This document shows positions 46,619 through 56,621 of a stretch of 64,000 nt of DNA, piece by piece; within the stretch, counting starts at the first letter, position 1, and each line of letters starts with the position of its first letter. A model generated the notes under the pieces. It was given only the letters and a program-made list of their open reading frames with translations, was not told where the DNA came from and did not search any database. The stretch covers positions 635 to 64,634 of the forward strand of contig CAYMXN010000003.1 of NCBI GenBank assembly GCA_964394435.1, in the 5' to 3' direction. This stretch comes from an uncultured Candidatus Saccharibacteria bacterium. Its GTDB lineage: Bacteria > Patescibacteriota > Minisyncoccia > UBA6257 > 1-14-0-10-44-23. The position numbers were made by a program, and so were the translations under genes.

Positions 46619-47703
46619 CACGAATAATTCTTCACATAGACATGGATGCGTTCTTTGCGAGCGTCGAGGAGCGCGATAAGCCACGGCTTAAGGGGTTGCC
46701 GATCGTAGTTGGTTCTGACCCAGCAGATGGAAAAGGGCGCGGCGTAGTGAGTACGGCAAATTATGCGGCTCGGGCGTATGGCATTAAGTCAGCGATGCCG
46801 ATCAGTCGCGCGTGGGATAAAAGTCAGCAAGCTAAAAAAGCCGGTAAGCCAGAGGTGGTATTTATCGAGCCCAATATTAAGCACTATAGCGACGCCTCAA
46901 GAATCATCTTTGAATATATCGCGACCAAAGCAGATGCGTTTAAGCCGGCGAGTATTGACGAGTGTTATGCCGACGTCTCAAGCCTTGGAAGTTATGAAAA
47001 AGCCGAGGCGCTCGCGCAAGAGATCAAAGACTGGGTCAAAAAGAAACAAAAACTAACGTGCTCGATCGGAGTTGGGCCGAATAAACTCATTGCAAAAATC
47101 GCTGCGGGTAAGAGGAAGCCAGATGGGCTGATGGTGGTGCGCGATGAAGAAGTACAATCATTTCTTGATCCACTCTCGGTGCGCGAACTACTTGGTGTAG
47201 GACCGAAGACCGAAGCAGAGCTGAATAAGCTTGGTATTCAGACGATTGCCGATTTACGCAAACGTCCGCGGGTTGAGCTCGTAGAGCTATTCGGTAAGCA
47301 TGGGGAGGGAATGTTTCGCCAAGCCCAAGGGATTGATGACAGTCCAGTGAGTAGCGAGCACGAAACAAAATCAATTGGCGAACAAATAACATTTGATACA
47401 GATACGCTCGATGCGGGAATAATTCTTGCGACGTTTAAGCAGATGGCGCAGTCAGTCGCAAAGAGTTTAAAAAAAGAACAGAAGCGATTTCGGACGATCG
47501 CGATTATTGTGCGCTTTTCTGATTTCGAAACGCTTACGCGGTCGCATACGATTGCCAGGGCGAGCGATGATGCGAGCGTGCTCGAGAAAGAGTCGCTCCA
47601 ATTGCTTATGCCATTTTTAGATAAACGCGAAAATCCAAAGAAGAAAAAGATTCGACTCGTGGGAATCCGGGCAGAAAAGCTGGAAGATAAGGGATTATTT
47701 TAG
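46615..47703 (+). CDS. dinB: DNA polymerase IV
   Basis: ILHIDMDAFFASVE, STANY.AR.YGI.SAM, SIDECY, NKLIAKIA, KPDG. Confidence 0.95.
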   Translation: MTRIILHIDMDAFFASVEERDKPRLKGLPIVVGSDPADGKGRGVVSTANYAARAYGIKSAMPISRAWDKSQQAKKAGKPEVVFIEPNIKHYSDASRIIFEYIATKADAFKPASIDECYADVSSLGSYEKAEALAQEIKDWVKKKQKLTCSIGVGPNKLIAKIAAGKRKPDGLMVVRDEEVQSFLDPLSVRELLGVGPKTEAELNKLGIQTIADLRKRPRVELVELFGKHGEGMFRQAQGIDDSPVSSEHETKSIGEQITFDTDTLDAGIILATFKQMAQSVAKSLKKEQKRFRTIAIIVRFSDFETLTRSHTIARASDDASVLEKESLQLLMPFLDKRENPKKKKIRLVGIRAEKLEDKGLF

Positions 47704-47715
47704 CATACTGATATC

Positions 47716-48387
47716 ATGTCTATGCGTAATATAAAAGATATTCAAGCAATTATCTTTGATATGGACGGAGTTATCATCGACTCCGAGCATCTTCAGGTTG
47801 AGGCGGAAAAAATTGTTTGCGAAAATCATCACATCACCATTCCTGATGCTGAATGGAGTAATTTTAAAGGTAAGAAAAATATTGATATCTTTAGGTATAT
47901 TATCGAGAAGTTTAGCAGTGAAAAGCTCGACCCGCAGCAACTTGCCGATGAGAAGGGGCAGATATATCTCAAGATAGCTCCCGAGAGATTAAAGCTCATT
48001 CCCGGAGCAATGGAGTTTATTCATAAGGCAAAAAAGTATTTTCAGAAATTAGCAGTTGCCACTTCGAGTGGACCGCTCACGCAAAAGCTCGCATTTGATA
48101 TTTTTGATTTGCATCCACATTTTAGTGTACTGATTACTGGCAAAGATGTAGTTAATGGTAAGCCGCACCCTGAACCATATCTCAAGGCAGCAGAGAAGCT
48201 CGGTCTACCGCCAGAAGTATGTATGGTTATCGAAGATTCTGATAATGGAATCAGGTCTGCCAAAGCAGCCGGCTGCGTCGCGGTCGGTGTTACCACCTCA
48301 TTTCCAAGGCAGAAACTTTTAGAAGTCGGAGCGGACTATGTCGTTGACTCATTTAGTGAGCTGGCAATATTGCTAAGCATCTCGTAA
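47716..48387 (+). CDS. HAD-IA phosphatase
   Basis: FDMDGVIIDSE, ATSS, KPHPEPY, IEDS..G. Confidence 0.9.
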   Translation: MSMRNIKDIQAIIFDMDGVIIDSEHLQVEAEKIVCENHHITIPDAEWSNFKGKKNIDIFRYIIEKFSSEKLDPQQLADEKGQIYLKIAPERLKLIPGAMEFIHKAKKYFQKLAVATSSGPLTQKLAFDIFDLHPHFSVLITGKDVVNGKPHPEPYLKAAEKLGLPPEVCMVIEDSDNGIRSAKAAGCVAVGVTTSFPRQKLLEVGADYVVDSFSELAILLSIS

Positions 48388-48411
48388 GGAGAGTAGAATA
48401 GGGGAACAAAC

Positions 48412-49245
48412 ATGTCTAAATTCTACAAATCAAACCGCCAATCAAACTATAACTATGGTGGTTCAAGCTGGACGCTCTCAAGATCGAAAATAGATTTATT
48501 CCTTGAGTGCCCGCGTTGTTTTTATTTAGATAACAAGCTCGGCGTAGCCCGTCCGCCAGGATTCCCATTTAATCTCAACTCGGCTGTTGATGCACTACTA
48601 AAGAAAGAGCTTGATACGCATCGCGCAAACGGTACACAGCATCCGCTCGCAAAAGCATACGGATTAGACGCAGTTCCACTTAGTCACGCGAAAATGGATG
48701 AGTGGCGCGACGCATTACGTAACGGCGTAAAAACAGTGCACCAGCCAACGGGCATTACAGTACGTGGTGGCGTTGATGATATTTGGATAAATAAAGAAGG
48801 TGAGCTCATCGTCATCGATTACAAAGCTACGAGCAAAGATGAAAAGATTGAGTCGCTCGATGAGGAGTGGCACCGAGGGTATAAGCGACAGATTGAGATT
48901 TATCAGTGGCTCTTGCGTCAAAACGGTTTTAAAGTTTCGAGCACCGGCTATTGGTTTTATGCTAACGCGACCAAAGATCGAGAGGCGTTTGATGGCAGGC
49001 TTGATTTCGAGCTCACCTTAGTACCATACACCGGCTCAACTGATTGGATTGATGGGGCGCTCATAAAACTAAAAGCCTGTCTTGATGGAGCTACCTTGCC
49101 GGCGGCCGGCGAAGACTGCGATTATTGCCGTTACCGGTCAGCAGCGGAGAAAGTTGAGCAGGGAATAAAGCCAACTGTCGAAGAATTTAAGCCCGTGAAG
49201 CTTCCCAAACTTCCCAAAGAGCCAAAGGCGGGAAGCCTCTTCTAG
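48412..49245 (+). CDS. PD-(D/E)XK nuclease (RecB/Cas4-like, Cys cluster)
   Basis: CPRCFY, GGVDD..IDYK, Q..Y, C.YC; no CRISPR context. Confidence 0.85.
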   Translation: MSKFYKSNRQSNYNYGGSSWTLSRSKIDLFLECPRCFYLDNKLGVARPPGFPFNLNSAVDALLKKELDTHRANGTQHPLAKAYGLDAVPLSHAKMDEWRDALRNGVKTVHQPTGITVRGGVDDIWINKEGELIVIDYKATSKDEKIESLDEEWHRGYKRQIEIYQWLLRQNGFKVSSTGYWFYANATKDREAFDGRLDFELTLVPYTGSTDWIDGALIKLKACLDGATLPAAGEDCDYCRYRSAAEKVEQGIKPTVEEFKPVKLPKLPKEPKAGSLF

Positions 49246-49274
49246 CTTGATTAAATAGGCTAAGAGGGGTTGGC

Positions 49275-49403
49275 TTGCAATTTTCGCTTATCTATGATAT
49301 AGTGTCGTTGAACGTTTGTAGGTATCCTTGCAGTTGTTTCAGCGTATCGCGCAGTGTAAGGAGGGTCTTCTACGACGTGATTAGTAATAAGCACATTTTT
49401 TAA
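49275..49403 (+). promoter_or_regulatory. Promoter and structured ~95-nt 5' UTR of the RRM gene
   Basis: TTGCAA-N17-TATAGT; TCCTTGCA..TGTAAGGA and GTAG..CTAC pairing. Confidence 0.6.
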
Positions 49404-49670
49404 ATGGCTAAGAAGTTATACGTAGGGAACCTTCCTTACTCGACGACTGGCGACGACCTCCGCAACTTGTTTGCAGCGGCCGGCGAAGTCTCCTCAGCAA
49501 CGGTTATCATCGACAAGATGAGCGGCCGCTCTAAGGGATTCGGGTTTGTAGAGTTTTCCGACGACTCGGCTGCCCAGAAAGCAATTGACATGTTCAATGG
49601 CAAAGATATGGGTGGTCGTCCGCTCACTGTCAACGAGGCTCGCCCGATGACTGAGCGACCGATGCGCTAA
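49404..49670 (+). CDS. RRM RNA-binding protein
   Basis: LYVGNL (RNP2), KGFGFVEF (RNP1), VNEARP. Confidence 0.95.
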   Translation: MAKKLYVGNLPYSTTGDDLRNLFAAAGEVSSATVIIDKMSGRSKGFGFVEFSDDSAAQKAIDMFNGKDMGGRPLTVNEARPMTERPMR

Positions 49671-49767
49671 TAGCGCTTCCATCGTAAAATAAAACCAAAG
49701 ACACTCCGGATACGCGGAGTGTTTTTGTTTTGAAAAACAATGTGGTGTGATAAAATAAAGGAACAAT

Positions 49768-51402
49768 ATGCTATCCGAAGATTTAAAAAAGGTAGTGAAG
49801 GGTGAGGTGATTACTGACGCCGAAGTACTAAAGAAATTTAGTCATGACGCAAGTATTTTTGAGGTAAAGCCAGAGGTGATTGTTGCGCCGAAAGATGCTC
49901 AAGATATCCAAAACCTTGTAAAGTATGTAAACGAGCAGCGCGCAATTGATAAAAAAATCTCGCTAACTCCGCGTTCAGGTGGTACATGTATGTCGGGTGG
50001 ACCGCTCACTGAATCTATCAGTTTAGATATGACTGCGCACTTCAATCAGATTCTTGATGTTGGGTCAGATTCAGCCACGGTTCAGCCGGGAGTCTACTAT
50101 CGTGATTTTGACGTTCAAACTAAGCGACGTGATGTGTTTATGCCGAGCTACCCGGCGAGTCGTGAGCTATGCACCGTAGGAGGTATGGTCGCCAATAACT
50201 CGGGTGGCGAAAAAACGCTACAGTATGGCAAGACAGAAAAATATGTCCTTGAGTTAAAAATGGTACTCGCTGATGGTAATGAGTATACGTTTGCGCCGAT
50301 CTCGCGGAAAGATTTAGAGATTAAGATGAAGCTGCAAAACTTTGAAGGGCAGCTGTATAAAAAAATATACGACCTGTTTATTAAAAATCAGACGTTGCTC
50401 GCATCAGCAAAGCCAAACGTGAGTAAAAACTCGGCCGGATACTTTTTGTGGAACGTGTTTGACGGGGAGACATTTGATATGACCAGGCTGATCACGGGCA
50501 GTCAGGGAACGCTTGGTATTATCACGCAAATTAAGTTTCGCCTCGTGCCGGTAAAAAAGATTTCTAAGATGCTCGTTATGTTTATGAATGACTTGTCGAA
50601 GTTAGGTGATGTTATTGTCGAGCTTGGAAAACATCAACCAGAGGCGCTTGAAAGTTATGATGACAAAACGCTTAAGCTTGCGATGAAGTTTTTCCCGGGG
50701 ATGGTTAAGATTTTAAAACCAAAGCATATCCTGTCGATGATGTGGCACTTGCTGCCCGAGGCTGGCATGCTACTGACCGGCGGTATGCCTAAGCTTGTTA
50801 TTATGGCCGAGTTCACAGGTAATAACGAAGCAGAGCTTGATGAGCGCCTCCGTGCCGCAGAGAAAGCAGTAAAGCCATTCAATGAACGAACGCGTATTAC
50901 GAAAACCGAAGAAGAGGAGCGTGAGTTCTGGGTTATTCGGCGCGAGAGCTTTAATCTACTCCGCAATAAGGTAAAGGATAAGCGCACCGCTCCATTTATT
51001 GATGATTTTATCGTTCGCCCAGAGCGCCTTCCAGAGTTCTTGCCTCGCCTAAATGCGATCTTAGGAAAGTACGACATCATTTACACGATCGCCGGGCACC
51101 CGGGAGATGGGAACTTTCATATTATCCCGCTTATGAACCTCAATGATGATACGCAGCGTTCGATTATTCCAAAGCTCTCGGAGGAGGTATATAGCCTTAT
51201 CGCAGAATTCAAGGGTTCGATAACTGCCGAGCACAACGATGGGTTAATTCGCACTCCATATCTCAATAAGATGTATAGCCAAGAAGTGCTCGATATTTTT
51301 ACCGAAATCAAGAAGGCGTTTGATCCGCAGGGGATATTTAATCCGGGAAAAAAGGTAGGAGGATCGTTAGCATTTTCACTTTCCCATATTAAACGAGCAT
51401 GA
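49768..51402 (+). CDS. FAD-linked oxidase (GlcD/D-lactate dehydrogenase-like)
   Basis: RSGGT, PAS..CTVGG..NN.GG, GSQGTLG, GH..DGN.H, AEH.DG, FDP..IFNPGK. Confidence 0.88.
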   Translation: MLSEDLKKVVKGEVITDAEVLKKFSHDASIFEVKPEVIVAPKDAQDIQNLVKYVNEQRAIDKKISLTPRSGGTCMSGGPLTESISLDMTAHFNQILDVGSDSATVQPGVYYRDFDVQTKRRDVFMPSYPASRELCTVGGMVANNSGGEKTLQYGKTEKYVLELKMVLADGNEYTFAPISRKDLEIKMKLQNFEGQLYKKIYDLFIKNQTLLASAKPNVSKNSAGYFLWNVFDGETFDMTRLITGSQGTLGIITQIKFRLVPVKKISKMLVMFMNDLSKLGDVIVELGKHQPEALESYDDKTLKLAMKFFPGMVKILKPKHILSMMWHLLPEAGMLLTGGMPKLVIMAEFTGNNEAELDERLRAAEKAVKPFNERTRITKTEEEEREFWVIRRESFNLLRNKVKDKRTAPFIDDFIVRPERLPEFLPRLNAILGKYDIIYTIAGHPGDGNFHIIPLMNLNDDTQRSIIPKLSEEVYSLIAEFKGSITAEHNDGLIRTPYLNKMYSQEVLDIFTEIKKAFDPQGIFNPGKKVGGSLAFSLSHIKRA

Positions 51403-52400
51403 AGACAATCACAGAGCTCATTATCATTTTCGCCGCTTTTATTGGCTTTACGATTTCATTTTTCATCAGACACAAAAAGCGTACGAGCGAAAAGCTTGTT
51501 TGCTATCTCGGGTCTGATTGTAACGCGGTAGTTCATAGTGAGTTCGCTTTTTTCTTTGGTATTCCTGTGGAGATTATCGGGATGCTGTATTACGCCGCAA
51601 TTGCGATCGGTCACGGATTCGTACTCGGATTTCCCGCATTATTTCCGACGTGGTTTGATCTCGCACTCTTACTCGCATCTGCCGCAGGATTTCTATTCAG
51701 CTGCTATCTTATCTTCCTTCAGGCGTTTACGATCAAGCAGTGGTGTATGTGGTGTATCTTTTCCGCGGGAATGTGTACAGCGATTTTTATCTCGGGGGTG
51801 ACGGGCGCTGCCGGAACGATGCTCGACTTGCTCCGTAATAGCAAGGAGTTTATCGTGATCATTCACGCGTTTGCGATGGCGATCGGCCTTGGCACAGCGA
51901 CGATTACTGATGTCTTTTTCTTCAAGTTTCTTAAGAATTTCAAAATAACCGAAGACGAGGTTGAAACGTTTAGAACACTATCGCAAATTATCTGGGCCGC
52001 GCTCGCACTAGTTATTATCTCGGGCGTAGCGCTCTTTTTGCCAGCCACGCTCACGTATGTGGCGAGTGCAAAGTTTTTAGCAAAACTAATTATCGTACTG
52101 ATTATTATTGCTAACGGCGCGGTGCTTAACTTGTACGTCTCCCCGCATCTGACAAAAATCTCCTTCGGGCAAGCGCATAATCACGTCCCAGGCGAGCTCC
52201 ATACAATTCGGCGTATCGCGTTTGCGCTCGGAGGTATCTCACTAACTTCATGGTACAGCGCCTTTATCCTGGGTTCGGTCCGTTCGCTCCCATTTTCAGT
52301 TTCGCAAATACTGTTCGGATATCTAGCGATCGTAGTGGGCGCAATCATTATGAGTCAGCTTATGGAGCGAACCTTTTCTAAGCGTGCGCTTGAGTCATAA
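51399..52400 (+). CDS. VKOR domain fused to a four-TM domain
   Basis: C....DC..V..S.F..FFGIP and WCMWC; extra C-terminal membrane domain. Confidence 0.85.
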   Translation: MKTITELIIIFAAFIGFTISFFIRHKKRTSEKLVCYLGSDCNAVVHSEFAFFFGIPVEIIGMLYYAAIAIGHGFVLGFPALFPTWFDLALLLASAAGFLFSCYLIFLQAFTIKQWCMWCIFSAGMCTAIFISGVTGAAGTMLDLLRNSKEFIVIIHAFAMAIGLGTATITDVFFFKFLKNFKITEDEVETFRTLSQIIWAALALVIISGVALFLPATLTYVASAKFLAKLIIVLIIIANGAVLNLYVSPHLTKISFGQAHNHVPGELHTIRRIAFALGGISLTSWYSAFILGSVRSLPFSVSQILFGYLAIVVGAIIMSQLMERTFSKRALES

Positions 52401-52401
52401 T

Positions 52402-52623
52402 ATGCGCATTGTTGTGCACGCCTCCCCGGGAGCAAAAGTCGCAGAGGTGATTCCGCTCACGCAACCAAACCACTTTCGGGTAAGAATCAACGCGCCAGCT
52501 AAAGAAAACAAGGCGAACATCCGATTATTAGAAATTATTGCCGAACATTTCAAGGTAAGTCAGAGTATGGTCAAATTTGTCTCCGGAGTGAGCAGTAAAG
52601 ACAAAATCCTCGAAGTAGGCTAG
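52402..52623 (+). CDS. DUF167 (YggU-like) protein
   Basis: P.A, APA.E.KAN..L, G..SK.K. Confidence 0.85.
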   Translation: MRIVVHASPGAKVAEVIPLTQPNHFRVRINAPAKENKANIRLLEIIAEHFKVSQSMVKFVSGVSSKDKILEVG

Positions 52624-52639
52624 GATAGCACATACAGCT

Positions 52640-53608
52640 ATGCTTGTAGATGAAGTAACAATCCATATTAAAGCAGGGAAAGGCGGCGACGGTGCCGTTT
52701 CTTTTAGTAAGATTCCGCAGGTTCTTGGCCCAACAGGCGGCGACGGCGGCGACGGCGGGAGCGTGTACGTAGAGGGAGTTTCGAACCTTTCGGCTCTGCG
52801 TCAGTTTAGGTTTAAAAAAGATTTCTTTGCGCAAGATGGCGAAAACGGTAAGGTGCGTAATCAATCCGGCCGTGCGGGCGATGATTTGGTGCTTAAAATT
52901 CCAGTCGGAACGATTATTCACAATCTTGATAAAAAAGAGCGTATCGAAGTGCTCGAGGTAGGAAAGAGAATCTTAGTCGCCTATGGCGGCAAGGGGGGTA
53001 AGGGGAATAACTTTTTTAAGTCATCGACTAATACGAGCCCGATGCAATCAGAGGCGGGTCGCCCAGGCCAAGAGTTCGAGTGTTTGCTCGAGCTGCAGTT
53101 AATCGCTGATATCGGACTTATCGGACTACCAAATGCCGGCAAGTCGAGCTTGCTTAACGAGCTTACGCGTGCGGCTGCTAAGGTGGCAAACTATCCGTTT
53201 ACTACGCTCGAGCCAAACCTGGGCGTTTATTACGGACCAAATGATTCTACAATCGTACTCGCCGACATTCCGGGATTGATTGAGGGTGCTTCGAGTGGCA
53301 AGGGATTGGGTATTAAATTTTTGCGCCACATCGCTCGCACGAAACAACTTGTCCACTGCATCGCTTCCGATTCGCAGGATATGGTGCGCGATTATAAAAC
53401 GATTCGAGCAGAACTAAAAGCGTTCGATCCAGCACTTCTTAAAAAGAAAGAAATTATTTTGTTAACAAAAGTTGATTTAATCTCCGAAGACGAGGTAAAG
53501 GAGCGGCTCGCGCTGCTTAAGCAACTTAATCCAGACGCTTTTACGGTTTCGATTAAAGACAAAAAGAGTCTTGACGGTTTTAAAAAGTTTTTAACGACCG
53601 AAAAATAA
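52640..53608 (+). CDS. obg: GTPase ObgE
   Basis: AG.GGDG.VSF, GGDGG.GG, GLPNAGKSS, YPFTT, DIPG.IEGA, TKVD. Confidence 0.95.
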   Translation: MLVDEVTIHIKAGKGGDGAVSFSKIPQVLGPTGGDGGDGGSVYVEGVSNLSALRQFRFKKDFFAQDGENGKVRNQSGRAGDDLVLKIPVGTIIHNLDKKERIEVLEVGKRILVAYGGKGGKGNNFFKSSTNTSPMQSEAGRPGQEFECLLELQLIADIGLIGLPNAGKSSLLNELTRAAAKVANYPFTTLEPNLGVYYGPNDSTIVLADIPGLIEGASSGKGLGIKFLRHIARTKQLVHCIASDSQDMVRDYKTIRAELKAFDPALLKKKEIILLTKVDLISEDEVKERLALLKQLNPDAFTVSIKDKKSLDGFKKFLTTEK

Positions 53609-53648
53609 AAAGAGCCCGTCGCACAGTGGTGCGAAGCGGGCTCGGGAA

Positions 53649-54167
53649 CTACGCGGCCGGAGGCGGGTTGTCGCTCTCTTCGACGACTTGAAGTTGAGGG
53701 CTGTGTCCGGCGGAGCGCTTCTTTTTGTTCGCACGCCACCTTCGATTTGCTTCAGCGCGCCTCTTGAGATTTTCCTCGCGCGTAAGCCTGGGCGCTGGCG
53801 CCTCCCACTGGGAAACGTCTTCAGGGGTTGCTTCGATTACGCCGGCGATCCGGAGATCGCGCAAGTTGCGTTCGGCATCATACAGGAGTTCGGCGATGAT
53901 CATACGCCGGAGAAGTTGCGGATGACTTGCGATCTCGCGGCGCCATTCCGGATTGTTGCGAATCCGTCGAACGATTCTGCAAAACGGTTGACGTGGTTGA
54001 GTTGCCCCACTAAGAAAGTGAGCAATCGCCTTGGTGTTTGCGTGTGCGCATACAGCAAGAAGGCGAAGGCCATCGGCTCCCGTCGGGACAATTCTGTACT
54101 CAAAGAGAGATTCCAGGATGGCACGAGGAAGAAGTGTCGCGAGCGGGACAGAGGGCAGTATGGGCAT
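53649..54167 (-). CDS. Arg-rich ORFan (SD-led unit)
   Basis: AAAGGAG-cttcgac-ATG at 54167; terminator GAGCCCG..CGGGCTC plus T-run; SD lies in a hairpin. Confidence 0.65.
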   Translation of the reverse strand: MPILPSVPLATLLPRAILESLFEYRIVPTGADGLRLLAVCAHANTKAIAHFLSGATQPRQPFCRIVRRIRNNPEWRREIASHPQLLRRMIIAELLYDAERNLRDLRIAGVIEATPEDVSQWEAPAPRLTREENLKRRAEANRRWRANKKKRSAGHSPQLQVVEESDNPPPAA

Positions 54168-54275
54168 GTCGAAGCTCCTTTGTCGGGGGGAAGACAAAAA
54201 GAGCTTATACCTAACTATCAGAAAAAGAAAGATGTCTGGTTGCAATAAACTAATTATCAGGGTATTATATGTCTC

Positions 54276-54701
54276 ATGAAAAACGCCGTCATATTTTTAG
54301 TCATCGTCGTCATCGTGTTAGGTATCGCGTTTATCTATAAGCCAACTAATAATCAACCAACTATGCCAGCCAATAATGTAACTGGATTGCAAATTGAAGA
54401 CGTCAAAGTAGGTACGGGAGCTGCAGCTCAAAACGGAAATGTAGTTACCGTGCACTACACCGGTACGCTCGTAAACGGAACCAAGTTCGACAGTTCAGTC
54501 GACAGGGGTCAGCCATTTAGTTTTACGCTTGGCGCTGGTCAGGTTATTCAGGGTTGGGAGGAAGGTTTACTGGGTATGAAGGTTGGGGGTAAGCGAAAAT
54601 TGCGGATCCCTCCGGACATGGCCTACGGCGACCGTGCGCTCGGTCCTATTCCCGCCAACTCAACATTGATCTTCGAGGTTGAACTCCTCGGCGTAAAGTA
54701 A
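54276..54701 (+). CDS. FKBP-type peptidyl-prolyl isomerase, membrane-anchored
   Basis: VHYTG.L..G.KFDSS, VIQGW, AYG, IP.NSTL.FEVEL; leaderless TTGCAA-N17-TATTAT-N7-ATG. Confidence 0.93.
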   Translation: MKNAVIFLVIVVIVLGIAFIYKPTNNQPTMPANNVTGLQIEDVKVGTGAAAQNGNVVTVHYTGTLVNGTKFDSSVDRGQPFSFTLGAGQVIQGWEEGLLGMKVGGKRKLRIPPDMAYGDRALGPIPANSTLIFEVELLGVK

Positions 54702-54763
54702 AACCAATGTAAGAAGGAGCGGGCGACAGCCCGCTTTTTCAATTAATTTTAGACATAGCTTAT

Positions 54764-56557
54764 ATGCAAGAAATTCGTAACATCGCAATTATCGCTCACG
54801 TCGACCACGGCAAAACGACACTCGTTGACGCTTTATTAAAGCAGTCGGAAAATTTTAAAACCAAAGCTGACGAGGGAGCTGACTTGATCTTGGACAACAA
54901 CGCTCTTGAGCGCGAGCGCGGTATTACGATTCTAAGTAAAAACGTCGCCATTAACTACAAGGGCATTAAGGTTAATATCGTAGACACGCCGGGTCACGCT
55001 GACTTCGGTGGTGAGGTTGAGCGTATTATGCGTATGGTAGACGGCGTACTTTTGCTTGTTGATGCAAAAGAAGGCCCGATGCCGCAGACGAAGTTCGTAT
55101 TAAAGAAGGCAATCGAGGCCGGTCACCGCGCAATTGTCGTTATCAATAAAATCGATAAACCATCGGCACGAACTCGGTGGGTGCTCGATGAGACGTTTAA
55201 CTTATTTGTTGACCTTGGCGCGACCGATGAACAGGCAAACTTCCCGGTTATTTATGCTGCCGGACTCCAGGGTAAGGCCGGACTTGTTGATGATCTTTCA
55301 AAGATGACTGACATCGCCCCATTATTTGAGACGATTGTTAGCTACATTAAGCCACCAGAAGCTGACTTAGCTGCCCCAACACAGTTTCTTACCGTTAACC
55401 TTGCGCAAGACTCATATAAAGGAAAAATCGCTGTGGGTCGCTTGTACGCCGGTAGCTTGAAAGCCGGACAGCAAGTTATGCATATTAACCGTGAAGGTAA
55501 GATGAAAAAGGCCCAAATCACCTCACTGATGGTATTTAACGAGCTCCAGCGTAAAGAGGTTCCGGAAGTATTCGCAGGCGACATTGTCGCTATCGCCGGT
55601 ATTGAAGATATCTCGATCGGTGAAACGATCGCTGATGTTAATAATCCAAAGCAGCTCCCTCCAATCCATATCGACGAGCCAACCTTAAAGGCGGTGTTTT
55701 ATGTAAACAAGAGTCCGTTTGCTGGTAAAGAAGGAGAGTATGTAACGAGCCGCAATATCAAAGAGCGTTTATTTAAAGAAGTAGAAACCGATGTTGCGCT
55801 TAAAGTTGCTGAAACAACTGACGCCGACCGCTGGGTGGTTTCCGGGCGTGGCGAGTTGCACCTCTCGATTTTAATTGAGCGTATGCGGCGCGAAGGATAT
55901 GAGTTGGCGATCGGCCGTCCGCAAGTTATTTACAAAGAAGACGAAAAGGGTAATAAGCTCGAGCCTATTGAGCTCGCAGCTATTGAAGTACCAAACGAAT
56001 TTGTGGGAGCGATTATGCAGGATATGGGTAGCCGTCTCGGTAAGTTGCGTGAGATGCGTCCGGATGGAAATATTACGAAGCTCGAGTTTGTTATCCCGAC
56101 GCGTGGACTTATCGGATACCGTAGCGATTTTATGACTCGCACCAAAGGACAGGGTATTATGAACACGATTTTCTTTGGATATGAGCCGTACAAGGGCGAC
56201 CTCGTTTCATTGCCGCACGGTTCCTTGGTTGCGCACGAGACGGGCACTTCAACAAACTATGGTTTGATGGCTGCTCAAGAGCGCGGACATATGTTTATCG
56301 GGCCGGGTGTGCAGGTATATCAGGGTATGATTGTTGGTATTAACGCAAAAGATATGGACCTTGTGGTAAACGTTTGTCGTGAGAAACAGCTCTCAAACAT
56401 GCGCAGTAAAGGTGAGGGAGCGATGGAGTTCTTAGACGTTCCATTGCAGCTCACACTCGAAGATGCACTTGAGTATATCGCCGATGACGAGCTCGTTGAG
56501 GTAACGCCGAAGTCGATTAGAATGCGTAAAATTGATCTCAAAAAAGGAGCGAAGTAA
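54764..56557 (+). CDS. typA: Translational GTPase TypA/BipA
   Basis: [48 protein letters not shown]. Confidence 0.96.
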   Translation: MQEIRNIAIIAHVDHGKTTLVDALLKQSENFKTKADEGADLILDNNALERERGITILSKNVAINYKGIKVNIVDTPGHADFGGEVERIMRMVDGVLLLVDAKEGPMPQTKFVLKKAIEAGHRAIVVINKIDKPSARTRWVLDETFNLFVDLGATDEQANFPVIYAAGLQGKAGLVDDLSKMTDIAPLFETIVSYIKPPEADLAAPTQFLTVNLAQDSYKGKIAVGRLYAGSLKAGQQVMHINREGKMKKAQITSLMVFNELQRKEVPEVFAGDIVAIAGIEDISIGETIADVNNPKQLPPIHIDEPTLKAVFYVNKSPFAGKEGEYVTSRNIKERLFKEVETDVALKVAETTDADRWVVSGRGELHLSILIERMRREGYELAIGRPQVIYKEDEKGNKLEPIELAAIEVPNEFVGAIMQDMGSRLGKLREMRPDGNITKLEFVIPTRGLIGYRSDFMTRTKGQGIMNTIFFGYEPYKGDLVSLPHGSLVAHETGTSTNYGLMAAQERGHMFIGPGVQVYQGMIVGINAKDMDLVVNVCREKQLSNMRSKGEGAMEFLDVPLQLTLEDALEYIADDELVEVTPKSIRMRKIDLKKGAK

Positions 56558-56621
56558 AAAAATGAGCCCGAGGAGGGCTCGTTTTTTATCAAGAGCATAT
56601 CCTATGATATAGTTAACGCAT

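Noticed and set aside
48412-49245. cas4 of a CRISPR system
   Set aside because: Solo PD-(D/E)XK nuclease with no array or other cas genes.
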